Assembly: GCA_938074335.1 (NCBI GenBank)
Contig: CALJEL010000013.1
Coordinates: 888-64,887, forward strand
Direction: 5' to 3'
Source: an uncultured bacterium
Lineage (GTDB): Bacteria > Nitrospirota > Thermodesulfovibrionia > Thermodesulfovibrionales > CALJEL01
Length of the DNA stretch: 64,000 nucleotides
The notes under the pieces were generated by a model, which was not told the origin of the DNA, did not search any database, and was given only the letters and a program-made list of their open reading frames with translations. Each line of letters begins with the position of its first letter. Within the stretch, counting starts at the first letter, position 1. Positions 25,692 to 34,712 of the stretch are shown piece by piece. Position numbers and translations under genes: made by a program.

Positions 25692-27376
25692 GATTCAGGG
25701 ACAGAGTTAATAAGACCTCTTATATCGGAATAATCACTATCAGAGGCAGGCATAAAACCATTCTTCAATTCATCATCCAGTCTATTAAGTAACCTTATGT
25801 ATTCAGACTTTCTTGGGTCAATTTCAAGAAGGCTATTTTTGACTATCTCTACAATAGAAAAAGGTACATTTGCTCCCACAACAAGTGGGCCTGTAGGAAT
25901 AAGCCTTGATTCTGCAACTTTTTCCAGCCCCAATCTCTCATATCTTATGGCAACTGTATCCCTCACAGCACCCACATCAAACTGCCCCTTCAGAACAGCC
26001 TTGGCTACTGAGTCATAATAGTCAAAATTTTTAAATCCCGAAAGCTCACTGAGATGGATGCCATGATTTGCAAGCATATACCTTGGTATGAGATTACCTG
26101 CCGTGGATTTTACAGGGCCAAAGGCAATCCTCTTACCCTTTAAATTTGATATATCATTCAATGTGGAGCCTCTTTTTTTTACTATGATACTTCTGTAAAA
26201 ACCTGTTCCATCAATTCCCTTTGGCCTCAAGATGCATACAGCACCATAGCCTGCCCTTGCCTCAAGGTATGTGAGTGGGCCAAGAAAGGCCATATCTATC
26301 TCACCCATTCCCAGCGACTTCACTGTATCTTCGTAATCCCTTTTAACTATTAATTCAAATGAAAGCCCTGTTCTCTCGGAAAGGTAATCAAGAAGGGGCT
26401 GATATTTTTCATAGAGCAGCCTTGGATTATCCCTGGGCACCACTCCAAAATATATAATCTTTTTTGACCCTTTTTGGTTATTTTCATTCTTCACTCCCCT
26501 CAAAACCCTGTCCATCTCCCTTATGGAATCATAGGCATTATCAGAAATTATTACAAAACTATCAATCATCATGGCATTGAGTATCTTCTTACCTTTTTCA
26601 GTTTTATGCATCTTGAGAAGGATATTTCTTATATTCTCTCTGAGATCAGGCCTTATATCCCTTGTGACAATAACAGGAGGTATACCAAAAGGAGGAGATC
26701 TTTTTATAACCTTAACCTGTGATGCATAGGGAGACCCTGTTTTAAGCATGTACTCAAAAACTATGCTTTCTACAGCTGCACCATCAACCTTTCTTTTTGC
26801 TACAAGCTCTACTGATTTATTATGACTGTATGAATAGATAACCTTTTTAAAGAATTCCTCTGGCGATTTTCCTATGGTCTTCAGGAGATAAATAGGATAG
26901 AGCCTTCCGGTATTTGACCGTGGATCGGTAAAGGCAAAGGTCTTACCTTTAAGCTCTGCAAAGGAATTGATCGGACTGTCTTTATGAACTATAATGTAGG
27001 AATGATAAATAGTCTGACCATTAACCTTTGGAACTACAAGAAGCTCTACACCTAATGCCTCTCTGTCTTTCACATAAGGATAGGAACATATAAAGGCTAT
27101 CTTCACCTCACCCTTCTCAAGCAATCTATCCATCTCCTCATAAGACCTCCTGTGCACCATCTCAACAGGTATCCCCAGTTCCTCTCCGATGTAATCTACA
27201 ATCTCCTGATAGTACCTCACCGCCTCCACAGGAGTAATCATTGAGGAGACACCAATTTTCAGGACCTCATCCCTTTTAGCCTCAGCTGGTGAGAAGAAAA
27301 GCAGAATGGATAAGGCAGTGATAAATAAAAACCTTGAGCGTAAAAATTGTCCTCGCAGTAAAGCAGGCAATCTCAT
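25655..27376 (-). CDS. Secreted tandem-duplicated PhnD-like (phosphonate-binding-fold) periplasmic binding protein
   Basis: Signal peptide, then two roughly 270-aa repeats each starting ..L(K/Y)(I/F)GV.. ... Y..L.DYL....G...E......Y......L..GE.D.AF. Confidence 0.75.
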   Translation of the reverse strand: MRLPALLRGQFLRSRFLFITALSILLFFSPAEAKRDEVLKIGVSSMITPVEAVRYYQEIVDYIGEELGIPVEMVHRRSYEEMDRLLEKGEVKIAFICSYPYVKDREALGVELLVVPKVNGQTIYHSYIIVHKDSPINSFAELKGKTFAFTDPRSNTGRLYPIYLLKTIGKSPEEFFKKVIYSYSHNKSVELVAKRKVDGAAVESIVFEYMLKTGSPYASQVKVIKRSPPFGIPPVIVTRDIRPDLRENIRNILLKMHKTEKGKKILNAMMIDSFVIISDNAYDSIREMDRVLRGVKNENNQKGSKKIIYFGVVPRDNPRLLYEKYQPLLDYLSERTGLSFELIVKRDYEDTVKSLGMGEIDMAFLGPLTYLEARAGYGAVCILRPKGIDGTGFYRSIIVKKRGSTLNDISNLKGKRIAFGPVKSTAGNLIPRYMLANHGIHLSELSGFKNFDYYDSVAKAVLKGQFDVGAVRDTVAIRYERLGLEKVAESRLIPTGPLVVGANVPFSIVEIVKNSLLEIDPRKSEYIRLLNRLDDELKNGFMPASDSDYSDIRGLINSVPESCGKGCHPKIKF

Positions 27377-27410
27377 TCACACCCTTTAATTAATGCGGGC
27401 GACTGCAGGA

Positions 27411-27433
27411 CCACTGTGTCGCACTGTCGCACT
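27411..27433. repeat. Short GTCGCACT-type octamer array
   Basis: ccactgtg tcgcactg tcgcact lies just upstream of the binding-protein start codon. Confidence 0.7.
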
Positions 27434-27486
27434 TTTTATTATATTACAACAAAGGTAATAAAAAGGACAATGTATCCGCATGTCCC

Positions 27487-27695
27487 TAAACTGCCGATAG
27501 GAATGGCGGGAGATGCCGAAAAGGCAATACCAGTACCCCAGAAAATCGTCAGATTCTCTGGGGACCCCGCCTGCGACACCTTAATAGAGCAGTAGAGCAA
27601 CAGAGCAGCAGCGCAGCAGTTAAATAATAATATAAAAAATTCCTTAATAAAAACTACTGCTCTACTGGTCTGCTGGTCTGCTGCTCTATTAAGGA
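27487..27695. repeat. Repeat locus C, a half element (one terminal motif, hairpin 2 and the long octamer hairpin)
   Basis: aaactgccgataggaatggcggg end motif. Hairpin 27536-27563 (loop cgtcag). 37-nt arms at 27583-27619 and 27654-27690 (30 of 37 positions complementary by my count) around a 34-nt AT-only loop. Confidence 0.9.
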
Positions 27696-27722
27696 TAGAA
27701 ACCTATCATACAATCTGAAAGC

Positions 27723-29516
27723 TTACATCTCAATCCTTGTTAGGACTCCGTGAAGTTTTTTAGGTGGAAGCTGAAAGAAGCTGATAAAGGTTGGTGTTAC
27801 TCTCTTGATTATAGAATAGGCCTTCCATATAAGCCCCTTTGCACTTATGTCCTCAAGGCCATAAAAGATAGCCCTTTCCTCAATCCCGTTCTCTCTCAAT
27901 ATTTCCTCCACATTTACAACCTCCATATATCCCATCTGAATCTCAAAGGCCCTGATACCACAGCATAGGTCTTCCTTAAAAAATCCTGTAACACCAAAGG
28001 GATCAGGCCTTCTTACAATAGAAAGGAATATATTTTCTTCATAGATGATCCCGTGGAAAAACATGGTCTCCACTATATAGGGAGGGATCTCCTTTGCATC
28101 CTTTAAGAGAAAAAGGGCTGTGCCAGGGATTCTCGGATTCGTCCTGTAAACCCTCTCAAACTTAAGGATAAATTCATCCCTTGGCATAAAATTCATAAAT
28201 CTGTAAAGCCTCTTCTGGCCCTCTGTAAAAAGCAAGATCATCGCAAAAGGAAACATGGCAAGCACAATAGACCAGTAACCACCATGGGGTACCTTATGAA
28301 GTGTAGAGCTGAAATAGGTGATATCAATTAATGTAACAAGAGCGGCAAAAAAGGCAGGGATATATCTCTTCTTAAGAATAAATATACTAATCATGACAAG
28401 ACCTGTGATGGTCATATCACCTGTAACTGCAAGTCCATAGGCAGCCGCAAGTTTTGAGGACTGACCGAATTCAATCATAATAAATATAACTGCACCAAGC
28501 AAAAACCAGTTCACACTACCTATGTATATCTGGGACCTCAATTCCTTTGATGTATAATCAACCTTAAATACCGGCATTATCCTTGTGGTGATTGCCTGAT
28601 AAACAATACTGAACATCCCGCTAATCATTGCCTGGGAGGCTATAATCGTGGCTGATATGCTCAGCAAAAGAAAAGGCACATAAAGAAGAGGGACTGCCTT
28701 TAACGCCATCTCAAAAAGTATATTCTTTGCCTCAGGATGGGCAAGGAGAAAGGCACCCTGACCAAAATAATTTATTGTGAGTGTTATAAATACAAAGACC
28801 CAGGCCTCCCTTATGGGTCTTGAACCAAGGTGTCCCATATCAGCATACATTGCCTCACTACCTGTTGCACAGAGTATAACCTCTCCAAGAATCAGATAAC
28901 CTTTCCAGCCACTATTCAGAAGGAACTGAATGGCATACCATGGATTCACCGCCTTCAGAATCGATGGATTCTTAAATATAAAATTGAGCCCCAGAAGCAA
29001 TAAAGAAAAAAACCATATAACCATCACAGGGCCAAAGGCAAAGGCAACCTTTTCCGTCCCCTTTTTCTGAAAGGCAAATAGAAGAACGGCTATGAGTATT
29101 GATATCAGGACAATTATTGTCTGGGATATACCCTCAAGACCTGGTATAAGGGCAGAACCTTCCACAGCACTGAGGATACTTATGGCAGGGGTTATAACAC
29201 CATCACCCATAAGGAGTGAAACACCAACAAAGGATAGAAGCGCAACTGCTGTCTTTGATTTAAGGGATTTTAAAAGAGATTTAAATATCTCTGCAAGGAC
29301 GATCGTACCACCCTCACCTCTTATACTCAAACTCATGGCAAGGACATTGTATTGAATGGTTGGTAAAAACACGAGGGTCCAGAATATTAAAGATAGAACT
29401 CCGATAATATTTATCTCTGTTGGCTCAAGGATTAAAAACACAACGGTAACTGTATATATAGGGCTTGTTCCTATATCACCAAAGACAAGTCCGAGTGCCT
29501 TAATTATTCCAGCCAT
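27723..29516 (-). CDS. kup: KUP-family potassium uptake transporter
   Basis: LGLVFGDIGTSPIYT... and 12 TM plus a cytoplasmic C-terminal domain. Confidence 0.9.
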   Translation of the reverse strand: MAGIIKALGLVFGDIGTSPIYTVTVVFLILEPTEINIIGVLSLIFWTLVFLPTIQYNVLAMSLSIRGEGGTIVLAEIFKSLLKSLKSKTAVALLSFVGVSLLMGDGVITPAISILSAVEGSALIPGLEGISQTIIVLISILIAVLLFAFQKKGTEKVAFAFGPVMVIWFFSLLLLGLNFIFKNPSILKAVNPWYAIQFLLNSGWKGYLILGEVILCATGSEAMYADMGHLGSRPIREAWVFVFITLTINYFGQGAFLLAHPEAKNILFEMALKAVPLLYVPFLLLSISATIIASQAMISGMFSIVYQAITTRIMPVFKVDYTSKELRSQIYIGSVNWFLLGAVIFIMIEFGQSSKLAAAYGLAVTGDMTITGLVMISIFILKKRYIPAFFAALVTLIDITYFSSTLHKVPHGGYWSIVLAMFPFAMILLFTEGQKRLYRFMNFMPRDEFILKFERVYRTNPRIPGTALFLLKDAKEIPPYIVETMFFHGIIYEENIFLSIVRRPDPFGVTGFFKEDLCCGIRAFEIQMGYMEVVNVEEILRENGIEERAIFYGLEDISAKGLIWKAYSIIKRVTPTFISFFQLPPKKLHGVLTRIEM

Positions 29517-29564
29517 AGGGCTTTAAGATATAGCATAAAACAAAGAGGCTTAGCAAGACAATTT

Positions 29565-30560
29565 TTATCTTAACATGTAAAGAATTCCAAGATTTACAAA
29601 ATATATCAGTAATATGGAAATGGAATCCCATGAGATAAACAGGAACTTCTTCTCGGTACGGTAGGTTAAACCAATTATGGCTAGAGAGGTCATGAGTATT
29701 ACAGAAAGGGCAGAGATTATGTGATACTGACTTACAAAGGAAAGAAGAGGTCCCTTTGTGAAAAAAATATCATCAAGGCTCAGGATAAATATATTGAATA
29801 TGTTACTGCCGAATAGATTTCCTATGGCAAGGTCTATGGCACCTATCTTAACAGCAGAAATTGAGACAGTCAATTCTGGAAGAGTTGTGGAAATTGCAAC
29901 AAAGATTGTGCCCACAAAGGTCTGGCCAAGTCCTGTGGTCTCGGCAATTCCATTTGCTATCTCAGGAAGAAAAACAGCAGCAATAATAACAGCAGCTGCA
30001 TTGATACCATAATTGATAATAGCCGTTTTAGTAGAAATCTCTTTATATTTCAGTTCCAGAGCCATTTCTTTAATGAATTCAGCTATCTTTCTTTTTTCAT
30101 AATAATAGACAAGTCTCATGGCTGAAAAATATATAATTATAAACAGGGGAGTATAAATCCCGATCCATCCGGAATGGAGGATATGGTCTCCTAAAAAAAT
30201 GCCCATAACAGTTATGGCCATAAGGAGTATTCCGAAGGCTGCAGAAAGCACATGTCCATGATGGGCCTTTGCAGAAATGGGCCCAGGCTGATGAATTACA
30301 TCAAGTATAGCAAGTGTTACCATATTAAAGATGCATGCTCCAGTAATATTGCCAACTGCTATGTCAGGAAGACCTGCATATGTAACAGAGCTTATTCCTG
30401 TAACAAGCTCTGGTAGAGAGGTTACGGATGCCATTAGAACTACGCCAATCCATGTCCTTCCGAGTCCTGTCTTTTCAGCGATGATATCCCCGTATTTGGA
30501 AAGTCTCGTGCCTGCATAGAAAATCACTGATGTGCATGCTATAAAAGCAATCCAGAGCAT
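29565..30560 (-). CDS. Ca2+/cation antiporter (CaCA, YrbG-like Na+/Ca2+ exchanger family) membrane protein
   Basis: Two internally repeated alpha-repeat regions (GTSLPELVT.. / STTLPELTVS..), about 10 TM. Confidence 0.75.
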   Translation of the reverse strand: MLWIAFIACTSVIFYAGTRLSKYGDIIAEKTGLGRTWIGVVLMASVTSLPELVTGISSVTYAGLPDIAVGNITGACIFNMVTLAILDVIHQPGPISAKAHHGHVLSAAFGILLMAITVMGIFLGDHILHSGWIGIYTPLFIIIYFSAMRLVYYYEKRKIAEFIKEMALELKYKEISTKTAIINYGINAAAVIIAAVFLPEIANGIAETTGLGQTFVGTIFVAISTTLPELTVSISAVKIGAIDLAIGNLFGSNIFNIFILSLDDIFFTKGPLLSFVSQYHIISALSVILMTSLAIIGLTYRTEKKFLFISWDSISILLIYFVNLGILYMLR

Positions 30561-30567
30561 AAATCCC

Positions 30568-32580
30568 CTATCTCTGATACCTTGCCACTAAAAATCTATC
30601 AGATTCAAGATATTCTATGGCATTTTTAATATCCTTCCTCTTGCCTATTAATAAGAGCACATCACCTGGTTTAAATACAAAATCAGGTGATGGGTTTTGA
30701 TGAATTTCATCATCACGTTGAACCGCGATGATGGTTGCGCCTGTCTCTGCCCTTAAGTGCAGTTCTTTTATGGAATGTCCGCTTACAGGAGAGCCTTCTT
30801 TTATAAGATATGTTTCTGTCTCTATATCTTTTAAGAATTCATGCCTTTCTATCAGTTGTCTTCCTGGTAATTCTACTGTCCTCAGGGCGATATAACTATC
30901 CTTCCTGATGTTTTCGATATGTTCTGATATAACATTCCTGGGCACCTGGTAATGGTGTAATACCCGGGAGAATATCTCAATGGATGTCTCAAACTCCTCC
31001 GGAATGACCTCATTGGCGCCTAATTTTACAAGGTCATCCACCTCAGCGACATATCGCGTTCTCACAATTATATATATACGAGGATTTTCATGCTTTGCAA
31101 TCTGCACAATCTTTCTTGTTGCAGCAGGATCGGATATGGCAACCACAAGTACTTTTGCCCTATGAATGCCCATCTTGTGAAGTATCTCAGCAGATGTGCC
31201 ATCGCCATAATATATGGGCTCACCTCTTTTTTTCATCTTTCTGACCGTATTTGTATTTATCTCAAGAATTACATAGGGAATCCCGGATTCTTTTAAAACC
31301 CTTGCGAGATTCCTGCCGTTAATACCGAAACCCACAATTATCACATGGTCTGATTTTTTTGATAGCAATTCTTCCCTCGGTTTCTTTCTCTTAATCCTTT
31401 CAAAACTCCTTAAGGGTAAAACCGAGATAAGATATTCTGAAACACGAGGGGATATAATGATAATAAAAGGGGTCAGAAGCATTGTTATCACTGATGCCGA
31501 GAGAAATATCTGATACCCGTATTCCTCAAGAAGACCTGCCTTTTTACCCGCAAGGGCAAGGACAAAGGAGAATTCACCTATCTGGGAGAGATAAAATCCG
31601 CTGAGGATTGATATCCTCAACAACTGACCTGACAGTAAAGAGGCTATAGCTGTAATAATAGTCTTGAGAGCTATTATAGAAATAACAGCCGCCATGATGG
31701 TTACCAGGTCCTCTTTCAAGATACTCACATTCATAAGCATACCTACAGATATAAAAAATAAGCCGATAAAGCTCTCCTTAAAGGGCATTATATCAGCTAC
31801 TGCCTGTGAGGCATATTCGGATTCTGAAATAACAATGCCTGCAAGAAATGCCCCCAACGCAAGGGAAAGGCCTAATCTGGATGTAAAAAAAGCTGTTCCA
31901 ATACAGAGGAGTATAATCGTTATGATAAATAATTCACGGCTTCTCGTCTTAACTATCTCATGAAGTATGAAGGGCACCGCCCACCTTGCTGTAATCAGGA
32001 CAGCGGCTAACAAGCCAAAAGACTTAAACATAGTAAGGGCTATATCCCGAAAACTTCCCCCATTTCCTGCAAGAATTGGTATAAGGAGCATAAAGGGTAC
32101 CACGCATAGGTCCTGGAAAATGAGTATACCTACAGATGTCCTTCCTTGAGGTGAGTTTATCTCTGCCCTGTCCATCAGGAGTTTAATCACAATCGCTGTG
32201 CTGCTTAAGGCGACAAGAAAACCATCAAATATAGCAGCATTAATCTTCTGATTTAAGAAAAAGAGGCTCATGATCGTTACGGCAAGCACAGTGAGTGTAA
32301 CCTGAACAAACCCTCCACCAAGAACCTGAGAGCGAAGCATCATGAGATTCCTTAAGGAAAACTCAAGCCCGATGGTGAACATAAGCAATATAACTCCGAT
32401 TTCTGCAAGGAGTTCAACTTCGTGGACCTCTTTGATTAACTGAAATCCGTGAGGTCCCAGGATTACCCCTGCGATAAGAAAACCGACAACAGAGGGGATC
32501 CTCAGCTTGCCAAGTACAAATACCACTATAGCCGATACACCAAAGATTAAGACCAGTGATTTTAAAAATTCCAACTCCAT
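30568..32580 (-). CDS. CPA2-family cation:proton antiporter (Kef-type) with TrkA-N and TrkA-C (RCK) domains
   Basis: Na_H-exchanger membrane domain, then VIIVGFGINGRNLA Rossmann and a C-terminal RCK-C. I prefer the start at MELEFLK (ATG 32580) over the track's 32622. Confidence 0.8.
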   Translation of the reverse strand: MELEFLKSLVLIFGVSAIVVFVLGKLRIPSVVGFLIAGVILGPHGFQLIKEVHEVELLAEIGVILLMFTIGLEFSLRNLMMLRSQVLGGGFVQVTLTVLAVTIMSLFFLNQKINAAIFDGFLVALSSTAIVIKLLMDRAEINSPQGRTSVGILIFQDLCVVPFMLLIPILAGNGGSFRDIALTMFKSFGLLAAVLITARWAVPFILHEIVKTRSRELFIITIILLCIGTAFFTSRLGLSLALGAFLAGIVISESEYASQAVADIMPFKESFIGLFFISVGMLMNVSILKEDLVTIMAAVISIIALKTIITAIASLLSGQLLRISILSGFYLSQIGEFSFVLALAGKKAGLLEEYGYQIFLSASVITMLLTPFIIIISPRVSEYLISVLPLRSFERIKRKKPREELLSKKSDHVIIVGFGINGRNLARVLKESGIPYVILEINTNTVRKMKKRGEPIYYGDGTSAEILHKMGIHRAKVLVVAISDPAATRKIVQIAKHENPRIYIIVRTRYVAEVDDLVKLGANEVIPEEFETSIEIFSRVLHHYQVPRNVISEHIENIRKDSYIALRTVELPGRQLIERHEFLKDIETETYLIKEGSPVSGHSIKELHLRAETGATIIAVQRDDEIHQNPSPDFVFKPGDVLLLIGKRKDIKNAIEYLESDRFLVARYQR

Positions 32581-32609
32581 ATTTTTATGGTAGCATAGAT
32601 TATGCTTTA

Positions 32610-32630
32610 TTACTATACTCAAATGTCACA
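32610..32630 (-). promoter_or_regulatory. 21-nt motif TGTGACATTTNNNWATAGTAA, inverted copy next to the kef-type gene start
   Basis: The reverse complement of ttactatactcaaatgtcaca is TGTGACATTTGAGTATAGTAA. Confidence 0.5.
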
Positions 32631-32832
32631 TTCATCTTCTTCCATACCTTCTGCAGAGATGATCTGCTGGTGGAGATATACTTATTTACTCGGCTCTCTT
32701 ATTGTCGGATGCCTTATTGATAAGGATGTCTTTGCCCAGAGGAATCCACTCACATGCGAGGTGAGGGGAAAAGTTCTTTTAAGACAAAGGGTTAAAACTC
32801 CATGTGCCTATTCTTAAGGAGACTACCATATA

Positions 32833-32879
32833 TGTGACATTTTAAAATAGTAATTATGTGTGACATTTCAATATAGTAA
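32833..32879 (+). promoter_or_regulatory. Two tandem copies (26-bp period) of the same 21-nt motif, upstream of yceD
   Basis: TGTGACATTTTAAAATAGTAA (32833-32853) and TGTGACATTTCAATATAGTAA (32859-32879). Confidence 0.5.
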
Positions 32880-32964
32880 CCACACCACCCACCCACGAGC
32901 CTTGACAATCTTCATAAATTACCCATATAATTATTTAATTCATTTTAAAGGATGTTCTTTGGCA

Positions 32965-33477
32965 ATGAAACTCATAATTTCAGAAATACCTGAGGAGGGA
33001 CTTGATCTCAGCCTTGATAATTTATCTTTAATATCAAAGGCTGTCTCAATTATATCACCTGTTAAAGGTGAATTGAGGATTGACAAGGTAGGGGCAGAGG
33101 TATTAATAAAGGGTCATACATTAACAGAGATAGAGTTGACCTGCAGCAGATGTCTTAATAATTTTAAAAAAGAGGTAAATCTTGATATATCCATAACCTA
33201 TCATCCTCTGTCTGAGCTTAAAGGAGATGAGGTCTATGAGCTCCATGATTATGAAATGGAGGTCGATTTTTATTCAGGTGATGAAATAGATATTGACAAT
33301 CTAATCGAGGAAGAGATCATATTAAGCATTCCTATGAAACCACTCTGCAGCGAGGAATGCAAAGGTCTCTGTCCAAAATGTGGAGCTGATCTTAATATAA
33401 CTTCCTGTGGATGTTCAAACCAGGTTATAGATGAAAGATTCGGGATGTTAAAAAAACTTTTAAAAAAAGGAGAATAA
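32965..33477 (+). CDS. yceD: DUF177 / YceD ribosome-accumulation protein
   Basis: C-terminal CSE.C.GLCP.CG..LN motif and its position directly before rpmF-plsX. Start at ATG 32965 (MKLIISE). Confidence 0.8.
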   Translation: MKLIISEIPEEGLDLSLDNLSLISKAVSIISPVKGELRIDKVGAEVLIKGHTLTEIELTCSRCLNNFKKEVNLDISITYHPLSELKGDEVYELHDYEMEVDFYSGDEIDIDNLIEEEIILSIPMKPLCSEECKGLCPKCGADLNITSCGCSNQVIDERFGMLKKLLKKGE

Positions 33478-33479
33478 AT

Positions 33480-33668
33480 ATGGCAAATCCCACTCATAGA
33501 CACACAAGGTCAAGAAGGGACAAAAGAAGGGCAAACTGGAAAGGTCAGATCCCAAATATCATCACCTGTCCAGAATGCCATGAACCCACCCTTCCACACA
33601 GGGTATGCGGTAACTGCGGTTCCTACAAAAAGAAAAAGATACTTGAGGTGATTGAGAAAGAGTCATGA
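33480..33668 (+). CDS. rpmF: 50S ribosomal protein L32
   Basis: MANPTHRHTRSRRDKRRANWK...CPECHEP.LPHRVC..CG. Confidence 0.95.
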   Translation: MANPTHRHTRSRRDKRRANWKGQIPNIITCPECHEPTLPHRVCGNCGSYKKKKILEVIEKES

Positions 33669-34708
33669 AGATTGCCCTTGATGCAATGGGTGGTGACCAC
33701 GCACCTGAGGTAACCGTAGAAGGTGCGATAGATACCATAAAGGAATACCCTGACATAGAGATAATCCTTGTTGGTGATGCCTTAAGACTTGAAAAAGAGC
33801 TTAAAAATAAAAAGAGGTATCCAGAGGAAAGGCTCTCCATAAAGCATGCCTCAGAGATTATAGCAATGGATGAATCTCCTTCCTATGCCTTGAGGAGAAA
33901 GAAGGACTCATCCATAAAGCGGGCTGTTGAATTGCATAAAGATGGTGAGGCAGAGGCAGTTGTGAGTGCCGGTCATTCAGGTGTTGCCATGGCTACAGCC
34001 CTTTTTATCCTTGGAAAGGCACCAGGGGTTGATAGACCTGCCATTGCAGCATCACTTCCAACATTAAAGAAACCCTTTGTCCTCATAGATGCAGGTGCAA
34101 ATGTTGATTGCAAACCATCAAATATACTTGAATTTGCTTATATGGGCACTGCTTACTACAGGGCTGTTTTTTCAGTTGAAAAACCGAGGGTTGCACTCCT
34201 TAGCATCGGAGAAGAGGATACAAAAGGAAATGAGCTTACAAAAGATGCCTTCAAGCTTCTTAAAAACTCTGAACTGAATTTTAAAGGCAATATTGAGGGT
34301 AAGGACCTCTTTATAGGTGATGCTGATGTAATTGTATGTGACGGATTTATAGGAAATGTTGTATTGAAACTCAGTGAAGGACTTGCTGAGGTTATAATGA
34401 AGATGCTTAAAAGAGAGATATCCGATATCTCCACAGGAAGGCTTGCCTATCTTCTCATGAAGCCTGCGCTCAGAAGATTCAAGAAAAAGACAGACTATGC
34501 AGAATATGGAGGTGCCCCTCTTCTTGGAATCAATGGCACATGTATAATAAGCCATGGTCGATCCTCTGCAAAGGCAATAAAGAATGCCATAGTGGTTGCT
34601 GCAAATCTTGCAAAGGCAGGGCTCCACAGGACCATATCCCAGGAGCTTTCAAAGATAAAAGAAACTATCAGTTTAGATATGCCTGCCCTCAGTGGGGTCT
34701 CCAGCTGA
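33665..34708 (+). CDS. plsX: Phosphate acyltransferase PlsX
   Basis: IALDAMGGDHAP...VSAGHSG...LLGI.G..IISHG.S. Confidence 0.95.
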   Translation: MKIALDAMGGDHAPEVTVEGAIDTIKEYPDIEIILVGDALRLEKELKNKKRYPEERLSIKHASEIIAMDESPSYALRRKKDSSIKRAVELHKDGEAEAVVSAGHSGVAMATALFILGKAPGVDRPAIAASLPTLKKPFVLIDAGANVDCKPSNILEFAYMGTAYYRAVFSVEKPRVALLSIGEEDTKGNELTKDAFKLLKNSELNFKGNIEGKDLFIGDADVIVCDGFIGNVVLKLSEGLAEVIMKMLKREISDISTGRLAYLLMKPALRRFKKKTDYAEYGGAPLLGINGTCIISHGRSSAKAIKNAIVVAANLAKAGLHRTISQELSKIKETISLDMPALSGVSS

Positions 34709-34712
34709 ATAG

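Noticed and set aside
32631-32832. A 200-bp unassigned leader upstream of the Kef/CaCA/Kup operon, considered as a c-di-AMP (ydaO-type) or other ion riboswitch. The track also shows a 71-aa ORF at 32602-32817.
   Set aside because: I could not find the conserved ydaO-type sequence blocks or a convincing pseudo-symmetric fold by eye. The ORF has no RBS and an implausible composition. It is left unassigned, and a covariance-model scan would settle it.
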